Positions 1-9,741 of a DNA stretch of 64,000 nt are shown one piece after another; the stretch's first letter is position 1; the number at the start of each line of letters is the position of its first letter. A program made the translations under genes and the position numbers. The notes under the pieces were generated by a model. That model did no database searches. It was not told the DNA's origin and saw nothing but the letters and a program-made list of their open reading frames with translations. Source of the DNA: Alphaproteobacteria bacterium. Its GTDB lineage: Bacteria > Pseudomonadota > Alphaproteobacteria > RF32 > CAG-239. Where the stretch lies: contig JAZLEQ010000047.1 in assembly GCA_045615365.1 (NCBI GenBank), forward strand, positions 4,413-68,412. The letters are read 5' to 3'.

Positions 1-1439
1 ATCATTTCCCTGCCGACTTCATTGTTGAAGCCATGGATCAAACTCGCGGTTGGTTTTATACCTTAACTGTTTTGTCAACGGCACTTCACAATAAACCGGC
101 TTTCAAAAACTGTATTTGCACAGGTTTATTAATGGCAGAGGGCGGACAAAAGCTATCTAAACGCCTTAAGAATTACCCTGATCCCAACGAAGTGTTAGAT
201 ACCATCGGTTCAGATGCTTTGCGCTGGTTCTTGGTGTCATCACCGGTGTTAAAGGGTGGAAATTTGGCAGTCGACAAAGAAGGAAAAGAAATAGCCAAAG
301 CATCACGTGAAGCTTTAATTCCGTTGTGGAATGCCTTTTACTTTTTTACTCTTTATGCCAATGCCGAAAGCTATAAAGCCAAAGAAGTAACTTCTTCATC
401 GGAGGCTATTGATAACTACATATTATCAAAGCTTAAGAAATTGGCAGAAATAGTAAAATCATCCATTGAGTGTTATGATGTTGCAGTTGCTTGCAATGAA
501 ATAATTTCTTTCATTGAGATATTAAACAACTGGTATATCCGCCGCACTCGCGATCGTTTTTGGGAGGGCAATTCGGAAGCATTTGATGTGTTGTATACGG
601 TATTGCTGAACTTGAGCAAAATTGCCGCCCCCTTGATGCCGTTTGTTTGCGAATTTATATACAAAACTCTTACAGGAGGTGAATCTGTTCACTTAGAAGA
701 CTATCCTTTGCTGTCAGACATCAATTTTGATGCCTCATTGGTTGAGGATATGGACTTTTTGCAAGATTTGTGTTCTGCCGCTAAGTTTATTCGTGAAGAA
801 AAGAATTTGCGCAATCGTTTGCCGCTAAAATCATTAACGGTTGTCGGGCGCGAACTTTCAAAGGAATATAGCGAAATTATCAAAGACGAACTCAATGTTA
901 AGGAAGTTTTGTTTGATAATAATTTGAGTGCCTATGCCGATAAGAAAATATATCTCTACACTCCACTTTTAGGTAAAGCTTTAGGTAAGGATATGGGGGC
1001 AGTAATGGCGGCTTATAAGCAAGGAAATTGGCAGTTGAATGAAGATGCAACCTTGTCAATCGGCGGTCAAAAGTTGACCTCGGATTTATTTGAAGTTCGC
1101 CTGGACATGAAAGAAGGTGTTGCCGGTCGTCCGTTTGCTGAGAACAAAGCTCTTGTAACATTGGACACCAATGTCACAGATGAGCTCAAACGTGAAGGCA
1201 TGGCACGAGATTTTGTTCGTCTTGTTCAAACTTTGCGTAAAGACAAAGACTTCAATATTTCCGATAGAATTGAGCTTTGCTATTCTACCGAAAACAAAGA
1301 GCTTGCACTTGCTTTAGACGAAAACAAATCCTATATTGCCGAGCAAGTTCTTGCTGTTAAGGTAGACAATTCTTGCGAATCCGGCACTAAAGCAGATATT
1401 GAAGGCGCAAGTATTTGCTTTGATGCCAAAGTTGCATAA
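1..1439 (+). CDS. ileS: Isoleucyl-tRNA synthetase, C-terminal part (5' end lies upstream of the window)
   Basis: The frame is open from the window edge (HFPADFIVEAMDQTRGWFYTL). A KMSKS-type loop is present as KLSKRLKNYPDP. The C-terminal layout is typical of IleRS, and a hairpin terminator follows. Confidence 0.9.
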   Translation, partial: HFPADFIVEAMDQTRGWFYTLTVLSTALHNKPAFKNCICTGLLMAEGGQKLSKRLKNYPDPNEVLDTIGSDALRWFLVSSPVLKGGNLAVDKEGKEIAKASREALIPLWNAFYFFTLYANAESYKAKEVTSSSEAIDNYILSKLKKLAEIVKSSIECYDVAVACNEIISFIEILNNWYIRRTRDRFWEGNSEAFDVLYTVLLNLSKIAAPLMPFVCEFIYKTLTGGESVHLEDYPLLSDINFDASLVEDMDFLQDLCSAAKFIREEKNLRNRLPLKSLTVVGRELSKEYSEIIKDELNVKEVLFDNNLSAYADKKIYLYTPLLGKALGKDMGAVMAAYKQGNWQLNEDATLSIGGQKLTSDLFEVRLDMKEGVAGRPFAENKALVTLDTNVTDELKREGMARDFVRLVQTLRKDKDFNISDRIELCYSTENKELALALDENKSYIAEQVLAVKVDNSCESGTKADIEGASICFDAKVA

Positions 1440-1460
1440 ATACAACTTTGGAGTAAAAAA

Positions 1461-1495
1461 AAGACTCTGAGAAAGCATCTTGGAGTCTTTTTTTT
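1461..1495 (+). terminator. Rho-independent terminator after ileS
   Basis: Stem AAGACTC (1461-1467) / GAGTCTT (1483-1489), followed by a T-run. Confidence 0.7.
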
Positions 1496-1628
1496 GTTTA
1501 TTTTCAATGCGATATATTTATTTTGCGTCTAAAAGCACAAAATTTGACAAAAAAATGTTGCGCAGCTCCTTTTTTTGTGGTATATTATGCAAAGTTTGAA
1601 GCAAAATTAGCCTATTAAGGAGTGAAAA

Positions 1629-4600
1629 ATGTCTGAATTGGAAAAAGCCAAAATATCTGAAAAGGATTTGGAAACATATTCTCTCAGTGATCTGAATGTT
1701 GTATCGGAAGTGCTTAATGAAATAAGTGCCGACAGAAATGTTGACGAGGATATGAAAATCATTAACAAACATATCGTTACAAGATTAGAACAGATTGTAT
1801 CTGAAGGTAAGATACAAGAAGACGACATTGAATATGTTCAAAAGTATGTTGGTCTGGTTGAAGATTCCGAACTTAAGTCTAAGGTTCAAAATATCATAAA
1901 TGATGCAACAGCCGAATATGCTAAAAATAATAACTTGGATTCAGACATTTCGGCACTGTATAAAAAAGATGATCTCATTGCAAAACATTTGGATAAAGTT
2001 CAACTTTATAATAACGGGCAAATTTCAGAACAATTTGAAGACTTATCAGATGCGATAAATAATATCGATTTTGTTGACAACGAAGACAACTCCTTAAATA
2101 AAGAATCTCAAAGAGAACACATTGAAGTCTTGTTTGAAGCTTCCAAACTTGATGCATTCCAAGAACTTATGTGTGACAGTAAGTGTGATATGAATTATCT
2201 TACATCGGAAGATGAAACTTTTCTTGATAGAACAGTTAACAAAATTAAAAATATTTTCATTGCCAAAATTGGTCAGGCAGGTATTGCTTCAACATATAAA
2301 GCCCCAAGTAAAAAGGAAAGTTCGAGCCCTGAAGCCTATGCGGAATATTTAGAAAAACGCGCTTCCGCAGCCAAGATCTTCATGCAAAAATTATCTGAAG
2401 CAAAAGGCAAAGTTAAGATTAAATCATCATCTGTTGAGGTTGCTGTAGCTGATACCGACACAAGCATAAGCAAATTTTTAAACAATTTGCAAAGTATATA
2501 CAACACTGCTGAAACCAACTTATCGCGTTCTTTAGCAAAACTGAAAAACAGAGCATCGGTTTTGTGGAATAAGAGTTATGAAGTTACATGTATGGTTGTT
2601 AAAAACATTAAAGATAACAAATGGCAACACATCACAAACACAGTTGCCACAGCAGGAATGTGGGCAACAACAATTTTAGGAGCCGGAGTATCGGTTAGTG
2701 TTGCCGGTGCCACACTTCCCGTTGTCGGTATTGCAGTTGGCAGCTATGCACTTTATTCTACAGCCGGCGGCTATGTATGGCCTGTTGTTGCTGAGGCTCA
2801 ACAATTGCGTGCTAAAGCCAAAGAACAAGGTCAAAAATTGGGTTTTTGGGCATCAATGAAATCAGCATGGAAAAATAAAAAAGACGATAAAAAATACAAA
2901 AACAGAGCTCGTTGGGGAATTCTTGGCGGGGTAATCGGTGCAGGCGCAGGTTTTTTCGGATTTTCGTTGGGACTTGATACCGTAGTATCCAAAGTTGTTG
3001 CAGGTTTGGCAAGAACAACATCATCAATGGCAGCTCAAACATTAGAATTGATATATGCTAACAAAGACTATGCTAAAGATCCGAGTGAAGAAAATTTAGC
3101 CAACTTGAAAGGCGCCAGAACTTCGTTTAAAATAAGTGCGGTTATTTCCGGTATCGGTTCATATTTGAGCCTTAATACTTTGGAAAACAATACTGAGACA
3201 GTTCAAGATGTTGCAGAAACGGTTGCAAAAACCCAAAAAACGAGTGATACAGCCGTTTGGCCGCATTGGAAAGATATATTCAAAGGAAAAACACAGGCAA
3301 ACAATGCTGCAGACACGCTTGGAGCATCTGCCGAAACAGGATTAAATGCTTCGTCAGATACAGTTGCTGCAGCTGACAGCATTGTCAGGGATACTCAAAC
3401 CGGTATGGAACTTGCCGGCAACAAAACATTTAACGGTGTTAAAGAAATATACTTAAAAGATTCCAATGGTAATTCTTTTGTCAGATATGAAGGTTTAAGA
3501 GGCGGAATTGATACAAAGATATCTGATGCAACCTATGCCAAATTGATTGATACAATCAACAGCAAAGGAAACCTCAATTTCACCATATCGGACGGTTCTA
3601 GTTTTGCGGAATCTATTGATATTATCCGCAATCGTATTGCCGAAGGAAAAGTAACCATTCCCGAAGGAATGCATCCGAACCATGCAATTTATTTGGCTTT
3701 GATGGATAAACGCTATACCGGTGATATGAGTTTGTTGGATGCCCTTAAATGCGGAGAAGGGGTTGACCTGACAAAGCAACTTCTTGATGAATCCAAAAAC
3801 TATTCTACAAATGGGCATATCGGAACACTCATTACCGAAAAACCTCTTAAATTCAGAGCAGGCGCAGCTGCTAATATAAGCAAAGCATGCGAAGAAGTTA
3901 ATCATATGGGGGTAGTTTCCGGCAGAGACGCAAATGTTACCACAGCCGAAAACGATGTTGCCAAAGAAGTAATTACAAAATCTATGCCTGATGTTAAAGA
4001 AAAAGAAACCGCTGCAATGGCAACATCACTTTACAGAGGTTCGAAGCATGACTATGCCGTTGATATCAACAGTTTGAGCGGAAAAGTTATGGATGTTGAG
4101 ACCAAAGGTGAAGATTTCTTTGTTAGGTTATATGACAAAGATGGTGCTATTGTTTTGGATGATGCAGGTAAGGCAATAATGCAAAACGGACAACCGCTGA
4201 TTTCAGGTGCCAAAACAGGTGTTGAGGTTATTGTAAAGAATCCGAGTGCCGAATTTCTGGCTCAAAACAACATCAAAATACCCCGTCGTTTTCAAGATGA
4301 AATCAGTAGTTATGTTGCCGAATTAAATGAAGCAAAAGAAGCAGCAAACACACCAATTATAACAAAAGGGATGGAATTAACTTCTGTTAAGGTGGACCTT
4401 GACGGACAAATGAGAGAACAAATAGGCGAAAAAGGAATTGTGCAATACACCGTTGGCAAAAACGGCGAAAAGAGCTACTATGTAGCCGGAGTTAGTGGAG
4501 TTAGCCGTTTCCAAACCGAAGAATTTATCGGAATAAACATGGAAAATGCCAGTGTTGCAGAAGTTGCCAAAAATGGCAATGATTATGTTGTAAATATCGC

Positions 4601-4856
4601 AACTGAGGATAAACAAGCTCTTCAAGTTGTTGTTAATCCTGAAAAGGCAACAGTTTTGCTCAATGGCAAAGATGTTGTTTTAGACGAGAAAACTGCAACT
4701 GTAGTTGAAAATATTGCAGAAAAAGCACTGGAAAGTAAAAATGTTAAAGTTGATTTGGATTTGACATCAACTTTTAACGAAAAAGTAAATAATGCGAAAG
4801 AGATTAAAAATCCGATAATGAAGGCAGTACTTAAAAACTTTGCCAAAGGCAAATAG
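1629..4856 (+). CDS. Large orphan protein (1075 aa) with a central hydrophobic block; function unknown
   Basis: Long ORF with RBS AAGGAG at 1617-1622 and a TGgTATATT extended -10-like element at 1578-1586. Terminators lie on both sides. Gly/Ala-rich hydrophobic helices occupy about aa 338-460. There is no N-terminal signal peptide and I recognise no family motif. Confidence 0.8.
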   Translation: MSELEKAKISEKDLETYSLSDLNVVSEVLNEISADRNVDEDMKIINKHIVTRLEQIVSEGKIQEDDIEYVQKYVGLVEDSELKSKVQNIINDATAEYAKNNNLDSDISALYKKDDLIAKHLDKVQLYNNGQISEQFEDLSDAINNIDFVDNEDNSLNKESQREHIEVLFEASKLDAFQELMCDSKCDMNYLTSEDETFLDRTVNKIKNIFIAKIGQAGIASTYKAPSKKESSSPEAYAEYLEKRASAAKIFMQKLSEAKGKVKIKSSSVEVAVADTDTSISKFLNNLQSIYNTAETNLSRSLAKLKNRASVLWNKSYEVTCMVVKNIKDNKWQHITNTVATAGMWATTILGAGVSVSVAGATLPVVGIAVGSYALYSTAGGYVWPVVAEAQQLRAKAKEQGQKLGFWASMKSAWKNKKDDKKYKNRARWGILGGVIGAGAGFFGFSLGLDTVVSKVVAGLARTTSSMAAQTLELIYANKDYAKDPSEENLANLKGARTSFKISAVISGIGSYLSLNTLENNTETVQDVAETVAKTQKTSDTAVWPHWKDIFKGKTQANNAADTLGASAETGLNASSDTVAAADSIVRDTQTGMELAGNKTFNGVKEIYLKDSNGNSFVRYEGLRGGIDTKISDATYAKLIDTINSKGNLNFTISDGSSFAESIDIIRNRIAEGKVTIPEGMHPNHAIYLALMDKRYTGDMSLLDALKCGEGVDLTKQLLDESKNYSTNGHIGTLITEKPLKFRAGAAANISKACEEVNHMGVVSGRDANVTTAENDVAKEVITKSMPDVKEKETAAMATSLYRGSKHDYAVDINSLSGKVMDVETKGEDFFVRLYDKDGAIVLDDAGKAIMQNGQPLISGAKTGVEVIVKNPSAEFLAQNNIKIPRRFQDEISSYVAELNEAKEAANTPIITKGMELTSVKVDLDGQMREQIGEKGIVQYTVGKNGEKSYYVAGVSGVSRFQTEEFIGINMENASVAEVAKNGNDYVVNIATEDKQALQVVVNPEKATVLLNGKDVVLDEKTATVVENIAEKALESKNVKVDLDLTSTFNEKVNNAKEIKNPIMKAVLKNFAKGK

Positions 4857-4870
4857 CCTGATTTATTTCA

Positions 4871-4907
4871 AAAAACTCCTTCTTTGAAAAAAAGAAGGAG
4901 TTTTTTT
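4871..4907 (+). terminator. Rho-independent terminator after the 1075-aa gene
   Basis: Stem ACTCCTTCTT (4875-4884) / AAGAAGGAGT (4892-4901), followed by a T-run. Confidence 0.75.
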
Positions 4908-4971
4908 AATGTTGTTATGTTTTTCGTAAGTTATAAAATTATAGAAAGGAAAGAAAGTTTCGAATCTCAAA

Positions 4972-5007
4972 TAAAAAAAGCTCTTTGCGATTCGGTTTCG
5001 CAAAGAG
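4972..5007 (-). terminator. Rho-independent terminator after secB
   Basis: Perfect 10-bp stem CTCTTTGCGA (4981-4990) / TCGCAAAGAG (4998-5007). On the minus strand it is followed by CTTTTTTTT. Confidence 0.75.
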
Positions 5008-5091
5008 TTAAAACGCTTTTTAAAGCTATTTGCCAACTAATCAGCGGTTGATGCAAAAACTTTTTTAACAAAAACCGCAAACTAAGACTGC

Positions 5092-5520
5092 TTATTTTTT
5101 GCTCTTTTTTGCATTGTATATTGCAACAAAATCAATCGGATTAAGCATCAAAGGCGGAAGCCCTGCATTTGCCATTGTGTTTGCAACAATTTGGCGTGCA
5201 AACGGATAAATCATATGCGGAATTTCAATCATCAACACCGGTTCAATATGTTCTTCAGGAATATTGAGTTCGGCTAAAGCAGAATATGTCAATTCTAAAA
5301 TGAATGCTTTTTCTTTTTCCGCGTCGGCATTTATTCTTACCGTAAGATTTACATTATAAACATTTTTATCAATTTTGGCGGCCTCAACATCAAAGTCCAC
5401 ATCAATATGTGGAGCATTGTTTTGCAATTTTGCAAAAATTTCCGGAGCGTGAGGTATCTCCATAGACAAGTCCTTAATATATTGATTTTTAATCATTATA
5501 GGTGGTAGCTTGTTTTCCAT
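5092..5520 (-). CDS. secB: Protein-export chaperone SecB
   Basis: 142 aa with the SecB-like N-terminus IKNQYIKDLSMEIPHAPEIF and matching overall length. It lies next to a Tim44-like gene, as in alphaproteobacteria. Confidence 0.85.
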   Translation of the reverse strand: MENKLPPIMIKNQYIKDLSMEIPHAPEIFAKLQNNAPHIDVDFDVEAAKIDKNVYNVNLTVRINADAEKEKAFILELTYSALAELNIPEEHIEPVLMIEIPHMIYPFARQIVANTMANAGLPPLMLNPIDFVAIYNAKKSKK

Positions 5521-5672
5521 AAAAAATCTCCTTAATATATATAAACTGTCTGAAATAAAGTCATATACTTTTTACACTTTAAAATTGTTTAGGTCAAATG
5601 ATAATAAATAGTTGATAAATGTTTATGTTGAAGTTATATTTATATGGCATAAAGTTAAAGAGGAAAAAATAA

Positions 5673-6338
5673 ATGCTCACCTTAGATATTATCGTTTTAT
5701 TAATTGTTGTCGTTCTTATATTTCAAAGGCTTTTCAAAGTGTTGGGCTCCAATTCCGAGGGTTCTGTAAAAAAAGTTAAACTCAGCAAAGAAGGTGCTGA
5801 AAAACTATATAATTTGCTTCGTTCCGAAGCAGAGTTGGATTTTAAAGAAGCTGCCAAGCATGCCGAAGAGCTTATTCCTGTCGATTCTCAAAATTTGACT
5901 CCTACGGAACTAACCTTGCGCAATATTCCGGACTTTAATAAACAAAGTTTTCTTAACGGCGCCAAAAAAGCTTTTCAGGTTATTATTGAAGCATTTAACA
6001 AGGCCGATTTAGAAACATTAAAAATACTGGTTTCTCCCGCTATATTGAAAAAAATGCAAAAGGTTATCAAACAACGTCAGGAAGATCAAATATCCTCCGA
6101 AACCGATTTTATTTGTTTTGACAAAGTTGAAATTGCCAAAGCTGAAATAAAAGAGGGAAAAGATGCTCTTATCAGTGTTGAATTTGTAACCGAGCAGGTC
6201 AATGTTTTGCGCGACAAAGACAATCAGGTGATTGAAGGCGACGAAAACTATATCCAAACGATTACCGATGTTTGGACTTTTGAACGAGCCTTAAACTCCA
6301 AAAACTTAAACTGGATGTTAGTATCTACTAAAAAATAA
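5673..6338 (+). CDS. Tim44-like domain protein with an N-terminal TM anchor
   Basis: 221 aa with an N-terminal TM helix and a C-terminal region typical of bacterial Tim44-like proteins. It occupies the conserved position between secB and mltA. Confidence 0.7.
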   Translation: MLTLDIIVLLIVVVLIFQRLFKVLGSNSEGSVKKVKLSKEGAEKLYNLLRSEAELDFKEAAKHAEELIPVDSQNLTPTELTLRNIPDFNKQSFLNGAKKAFQVIIEAFNKADLETLKILVSPAILKKMQKVIKQRQEDQISSETDFICFDKVEIAKAEIKEGKDALISVEFVTEQVNVLRDKDNQVIEGDENYIQTITDVWTFERALNSKNLNWMLVSTKK

Positions 6339-7495
6339 TGAAAAAGCACTTCTTATTCATACTTTTGTTTTTGTTTGTTATATCTTGTTCTCCCAAACAG
6401 GATAGCGGCGATATTCAGCTCAAAAAGACTACATATAATCAGCTTAAAGGTTTTCACGCTGATGACATGATTTCAGCTCATCAGGCTTTTTTGAAAAGTT
6501 GCGAGATTGTCAAAAAAACAAAAGGAGAATTTTTGTCAGCTCATGCTGCAATAAAAATTTCTCTCAAAGACTATGTCAACATATGTAATAAAGCTCAAAA
6601 TATTGCGGAAACCGATTTTGCTTTGTTCGTTAAACAAAACTTTACGCCATATTTAGTGCTATACAAAGGTTCGTCGGAAGGAAAGTTTACGTCATATTAT
6701 GAATCGCAGATAAATGCCTCATACATCAAAGACGATAAATATAAATACCCTGTTTACGGACGCCCTTATGATTTGGTGGAAGTTAATCTGCAAGATTTTG
6801 ATAAATCATTACCCGATAAGAAAATTTTAGGCAGAGTAGAGGGTGAAAAACTTATCCCTTATTATACCAGAGAACAAATTTTTAACAACGGAATAAACGC
6901 ACCGGTTATTTTGTGGGCTGACAGTTATGTTGATGTATACATAATGCAAATACAGGGTTCGGCCTTAGCAGATATGTCGGACGGAAGCAAAATAAGGATA
7001 TCGTTTAATGAGAGCAACGGTCTTCCTTTTAAGGGCATCGGATCTATTCTTTTGCAAAAAGGTTTGATAAAAAGCGGCGAAGCCTCAATGGAAAAAATTA
7101 AAATATGGCTGAATGAAAATTCGGAATTGGCATTAAAAAACATGAACGAAAATAAACGTTATATTTTTCACCGTTTAGGCAATCCCGACGGCCCCATGGG
7201 AGCACAAGGAGTTCCTTTAACGGCAGGGCGTTCAATGGCTGTGGACAGAAGCTTTATTCCCTTGGGGGCGCTTCTTTGGCTGGAAACAACACACCCCGAT
7301 ACGGGTGATATAAATCGCCTGATTTTGGCCCAAGATGTCGGGAGTGCCATTAAAGGTGGTGTCAGAGGGGACTATTTTTGGGGATCCGGCGGTGATGAAA
7401 TTTTGTCTTTGGCCGGAAAGATGAATTCTAAAGGGCAATATTATATTTTGATTCCAAATCCGATGGAGGAAACACATGGCAAAAAGAATCAGTAA
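6338..7495 (+). CDS. mltA: Membrane-bound lytic murein transglycosylase A (lipoprotein)
   Basis: Signal peptide plus lipobox (FVISC). MltA-like core and a C-terminal 3D-domain-like motif (GSAIKGGVRGDYFWGSG). The start overlaps the stop of the previous gene (ATAATG). Confidence 0.85.
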   Translation: MKKHFLFILLFLFVISCSPKQDSGDIQLKKTTYNQLKGFHADDMISAHQAFLKSCEIVKKTKGEFLSAHAAIKISLKDYVNICNKAQNIAETDFALFVKQNFTPYLVLYKGSSEGKFTSYYESQINASYIKDDKYKYPVYGRPYDLVEVNLQDFDKSLPDKKILGRVEGEKLIPYYTREQIFNNGINAPVILWADSYVDVYIMQIQGSALADMSDGSKIRISFNESNGLPFKGIGSILLQKGLIKSGEASMEKIKIWLNENSELALKNMNENKRYIFHRLGNPDGPMGAQGVPLTAGRSMAVDRSFIPLGALLWLETTHPDTGDINRLILAQDVGSAIKGGVRGDYFWGSGGDEILSLAGKMNSKGQYYILIPNPMEETHGKKNQ

Positions 7496-7976
7496 GGCAG
7501 ATACATTGGTTTTTAAGGCTTTACAAAAGGCAGTTAATGAGGAAAAACTCAATATTTATCTCATAAATTCAAAGATAAATATTCCCGGTTCGCCGGTTTA
7601 TAATCCTTGGGAATGCCTGTTGCCGACCTTGGTTCCGGTGTTGCTTGGTTTGCTGATGATATGGCTTGTCGGAATTTTGTTGGGTCTTGCCATTATGATT
7701 GGCGGCATTGTTTTATCGTCAAGCTTTATTAAGAAAAAAATGGAACACATATTATATGACAGAGCAAAATTATTTTTTACAAATGATGTGCAATCTTGCA
7801 ATTCGTTGTGGGAGTTCGGCGGAGTTGTTTTGGTGAAAAATGATGATAAAAAACAAAACTGCCTTTCACCGGAAGGAAATTGGAAAGATTTTATTGTTCT
7901 CAACTTTTCAGAATTTATGACCGATAAAAAGGTTGAAGAAGTGCCCTTAGAGGATGCAGATGAAAAAGCAGCCTGA
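7476..7976 (+). CDS. Small membrane protein, unknown function
   Basis: 166-aa ORF with a long hydrophobic stretch (LLPTLVPVLLGLLMIWLVGILLGLAIMIGGIVL). It overlaps mltA by 20 nt and smr by 23 nt. Confidence 0.5.
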   Translation: MAKRISKADTLVFKALQKAVNEEKLNIYLINSKINIPGSPVYNPWECLLPTLVPVLLGLLMIWLVGILLGLAIMIGGIVLSSSFIKKKMEHILYDRAKLFFTNDVQSCNSLWEFGGVVLVKNDDKKQNCLSPEGNWKDFIVLNFSEFMTDKKVEEVPLEDADEKAA

Positions 7977-8517
7977 TAAATCGGCACCACCGGATATCGA
8001 CGAATGGGAAAAAGAAATTGCCGAAGTGATGCAATTCTGTCAGCCGGAAGAAAAACCGCAAGCTCCGCTCATAATATCAGAAATAACCCCATCCTTAAGT
8101 TATGAAGGAGTGTATAATCCAAATTCTTTTTCTCCTTTGTTTGAAGGTAATATCGATAATCTTGACGGCAAAACAGGCGATAAGTTTGTAAAGGGCAAGC
8201 TTAAGATTGAAGCCAGACTTGATTTGCACGGATATACAGAAAAAGAAGCTTTTGCAAAGGTTGTTGATTTTATTCAAAACGCATATATTAAAGGGCTTCG
8301 TTGTGTTTTGGTTATCACGGGTAAGGGATTAAAAAACAAAGATGAGCCGTGGTATGAAACAAAAGGAGTTATCAAAGAAGCGTTTCCTTCATGGCTTAAC
8401 AACAACGAAATCAGACCTTTTGTTTTGAGCTTTTCCCAAGCATCGCAAAACGATGGCGGAAGCGGAGCTTTTTATGTTTTGCTAAAGCGCAAGCGCATTT
8501 CAAATAAAACCAAATAA
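7954..8517 (+). CDS. Smr domain protein
   Basis: C-terminal Smr motif LDLHGYTEKEAFAKVVDFIQNAYIKGLRCVLVITGKG. The start is uncertain (ATG at 7954 or 7960). Confidence 0.8.
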   Translation: MQMKKQPDKSAPPDIDEWEKEIAEVMQFCQPEEKPQAPLIISEITPSLSYEGVYNPNSFSPLFEGNIDNLDGKTGDKFVKGKLKIEARLDLHGYTEKEAFAKVVDFIQNAYIKGLRCVLVITGKGLKNKDEPWYETKGVIKEAFPSWLNNNEIRPFVLSFSQASQNDGGSGAFYVLLKRKRISNKTK

Positions 8518-8943
8518 TCTTAACAATATTACAATAGCAGCCAATTCCAAAAATATCATCAAACGATACATGTTTTGAAAACTTTTCTTAGCCGTTTTGT
8601 GTCGGAAAATTTTTTGAGCAAAGGCCGCTCCGATCCAACCGCCCAAAAATTCCAAACCATGCAAATCTTTTTCAGGAACTCGCCACAATTTTTTTATTGC
8701 CGCCCTCTTATCAACACCATAAGCGATAAAGGTTGCAATGTTGATGCAAAATAAATGAAACAAAACAAACAACAAAATTGTTTTGTATGTGAAAATATTT
8801 TCAATTCTAAACACATTGTTTTCAAAATAATAAGCTAATCCTACAACCATTGCAGAACTCAAGAGATAAAATCGGTTGTTTCTTAAAGGCGGAACCAAAA
8901 CCGCCAATCCCAAAAGAATAAGTAAAAAAGAAGTCGTAAGCAT
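8500..8943 (-). CDS. DUF1294 family membrane protein
   Basis: Motif DKRAAIKKLWRVPEKDLHGLEFLGGWIGAAFAQKIFRHKTAKKSF flanked by TM helices. Confidence 0.75.
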   Translation of the reverse strand: MLTTSFLLILLGLAVLVPPLRNNRFYLLSSAMVVGLAYYFENNVFRIENIFTYKTILLFVLFHLFCINIATFIAYGVDKRAAIKKLWRVPEKDLHGLEFLGGWIGAAFAQKIFRHKTAKKSFQNMYRLMIFLELAAIVILLRLFGFI

Positions 8944-9072
8944 TTTTTATAATATGTCCTTATTTCATTTTCTATATAGAAGCTAAATCATGTGGTGATA
9001 AGTAAAAAATGTAATTTGCATTTTTTTATATTTATTTATACTGAAACATATCTTTTATTTCGGAGTAGCACA

Positions 9073-9741
9073 ATGAAAAAACGCAATTTATTAAGTCTTG
9101 GTGTCATATTTTTATCGGCCTGCTCTCAATTGAACAAAGAAAGCACTTTGGCTGACGCCTTCAGAGGTTTTAATTTCTTTTCCAAGTCAGATAAAATTGA
9201 GGTCGTTGAAAAAACAAAATATATCAACGAAAACGAACCGACGATAAATTACATCGGTCTTAATCAAAACCCGCAGGAAGTGATATCGGAAGACGAAGAA
9301 ATTGTTGCAGGATATAATTTGGCAAAACGCGGCGAACGCTATGATGCAGCCGAATATAATATTGATCCGCAAGTATATGGAATTGTCGCTGCCAGAGCAG
9401 TAAATAAAATGTTGGCAGAGGCTCCGGCCTTGTTTGCCGAAAACAAAGATGCTTCATTGTATATAGAAAATACTACAATTGTTGACCGATATATGCCGAC
9501 AATCCCCGAGGCTGCCGAAAGTGCCGCCAAAGAAGTTATCGTCGGCTCGCAAATGTTTAATATTACCGAAAACAAAGATGACGCAAAATATATTTTGAAA
9601 AGCTATTTCAATAATTCCAATACTCCGGAACTTCCCGTTTTTGTATATGACCTGAAATTATACGATGCTGCAGGCAAATTGCTGGGTGCATGGTCCGACA
9701 ATATTCGTCAAGTTCAAAATGATGACGGAAGCTGGTGGTGA
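9073..9741 (+). CDS. Lipoprotein, unknown function
   Basis: ATG at 9073 preceded by GGAG at 9062-9065. Signal peptide with lipobox FLSAC. The longer 8992 start has no support. Confidence 0.65.
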   Translation: MKKRNLLSLGVIFLSACSQLNKESTLADAFRGFNFFSKSDKIEVVEKTKYINENEPTINYIGLNQNPQEVISEDEEIVAGYNLAKRGERYDAAEYNIDPQVYGIVAARAVNKMLAEAPALFAENKDASLYIENTTIVDRYMPTIPEAAESAAKEVIVGSQMFNITENKDDAKYILKSYFNNSNTPELPVFVYDLKLYDAAGKLLGAWSDNIRQVQNDDGSWW

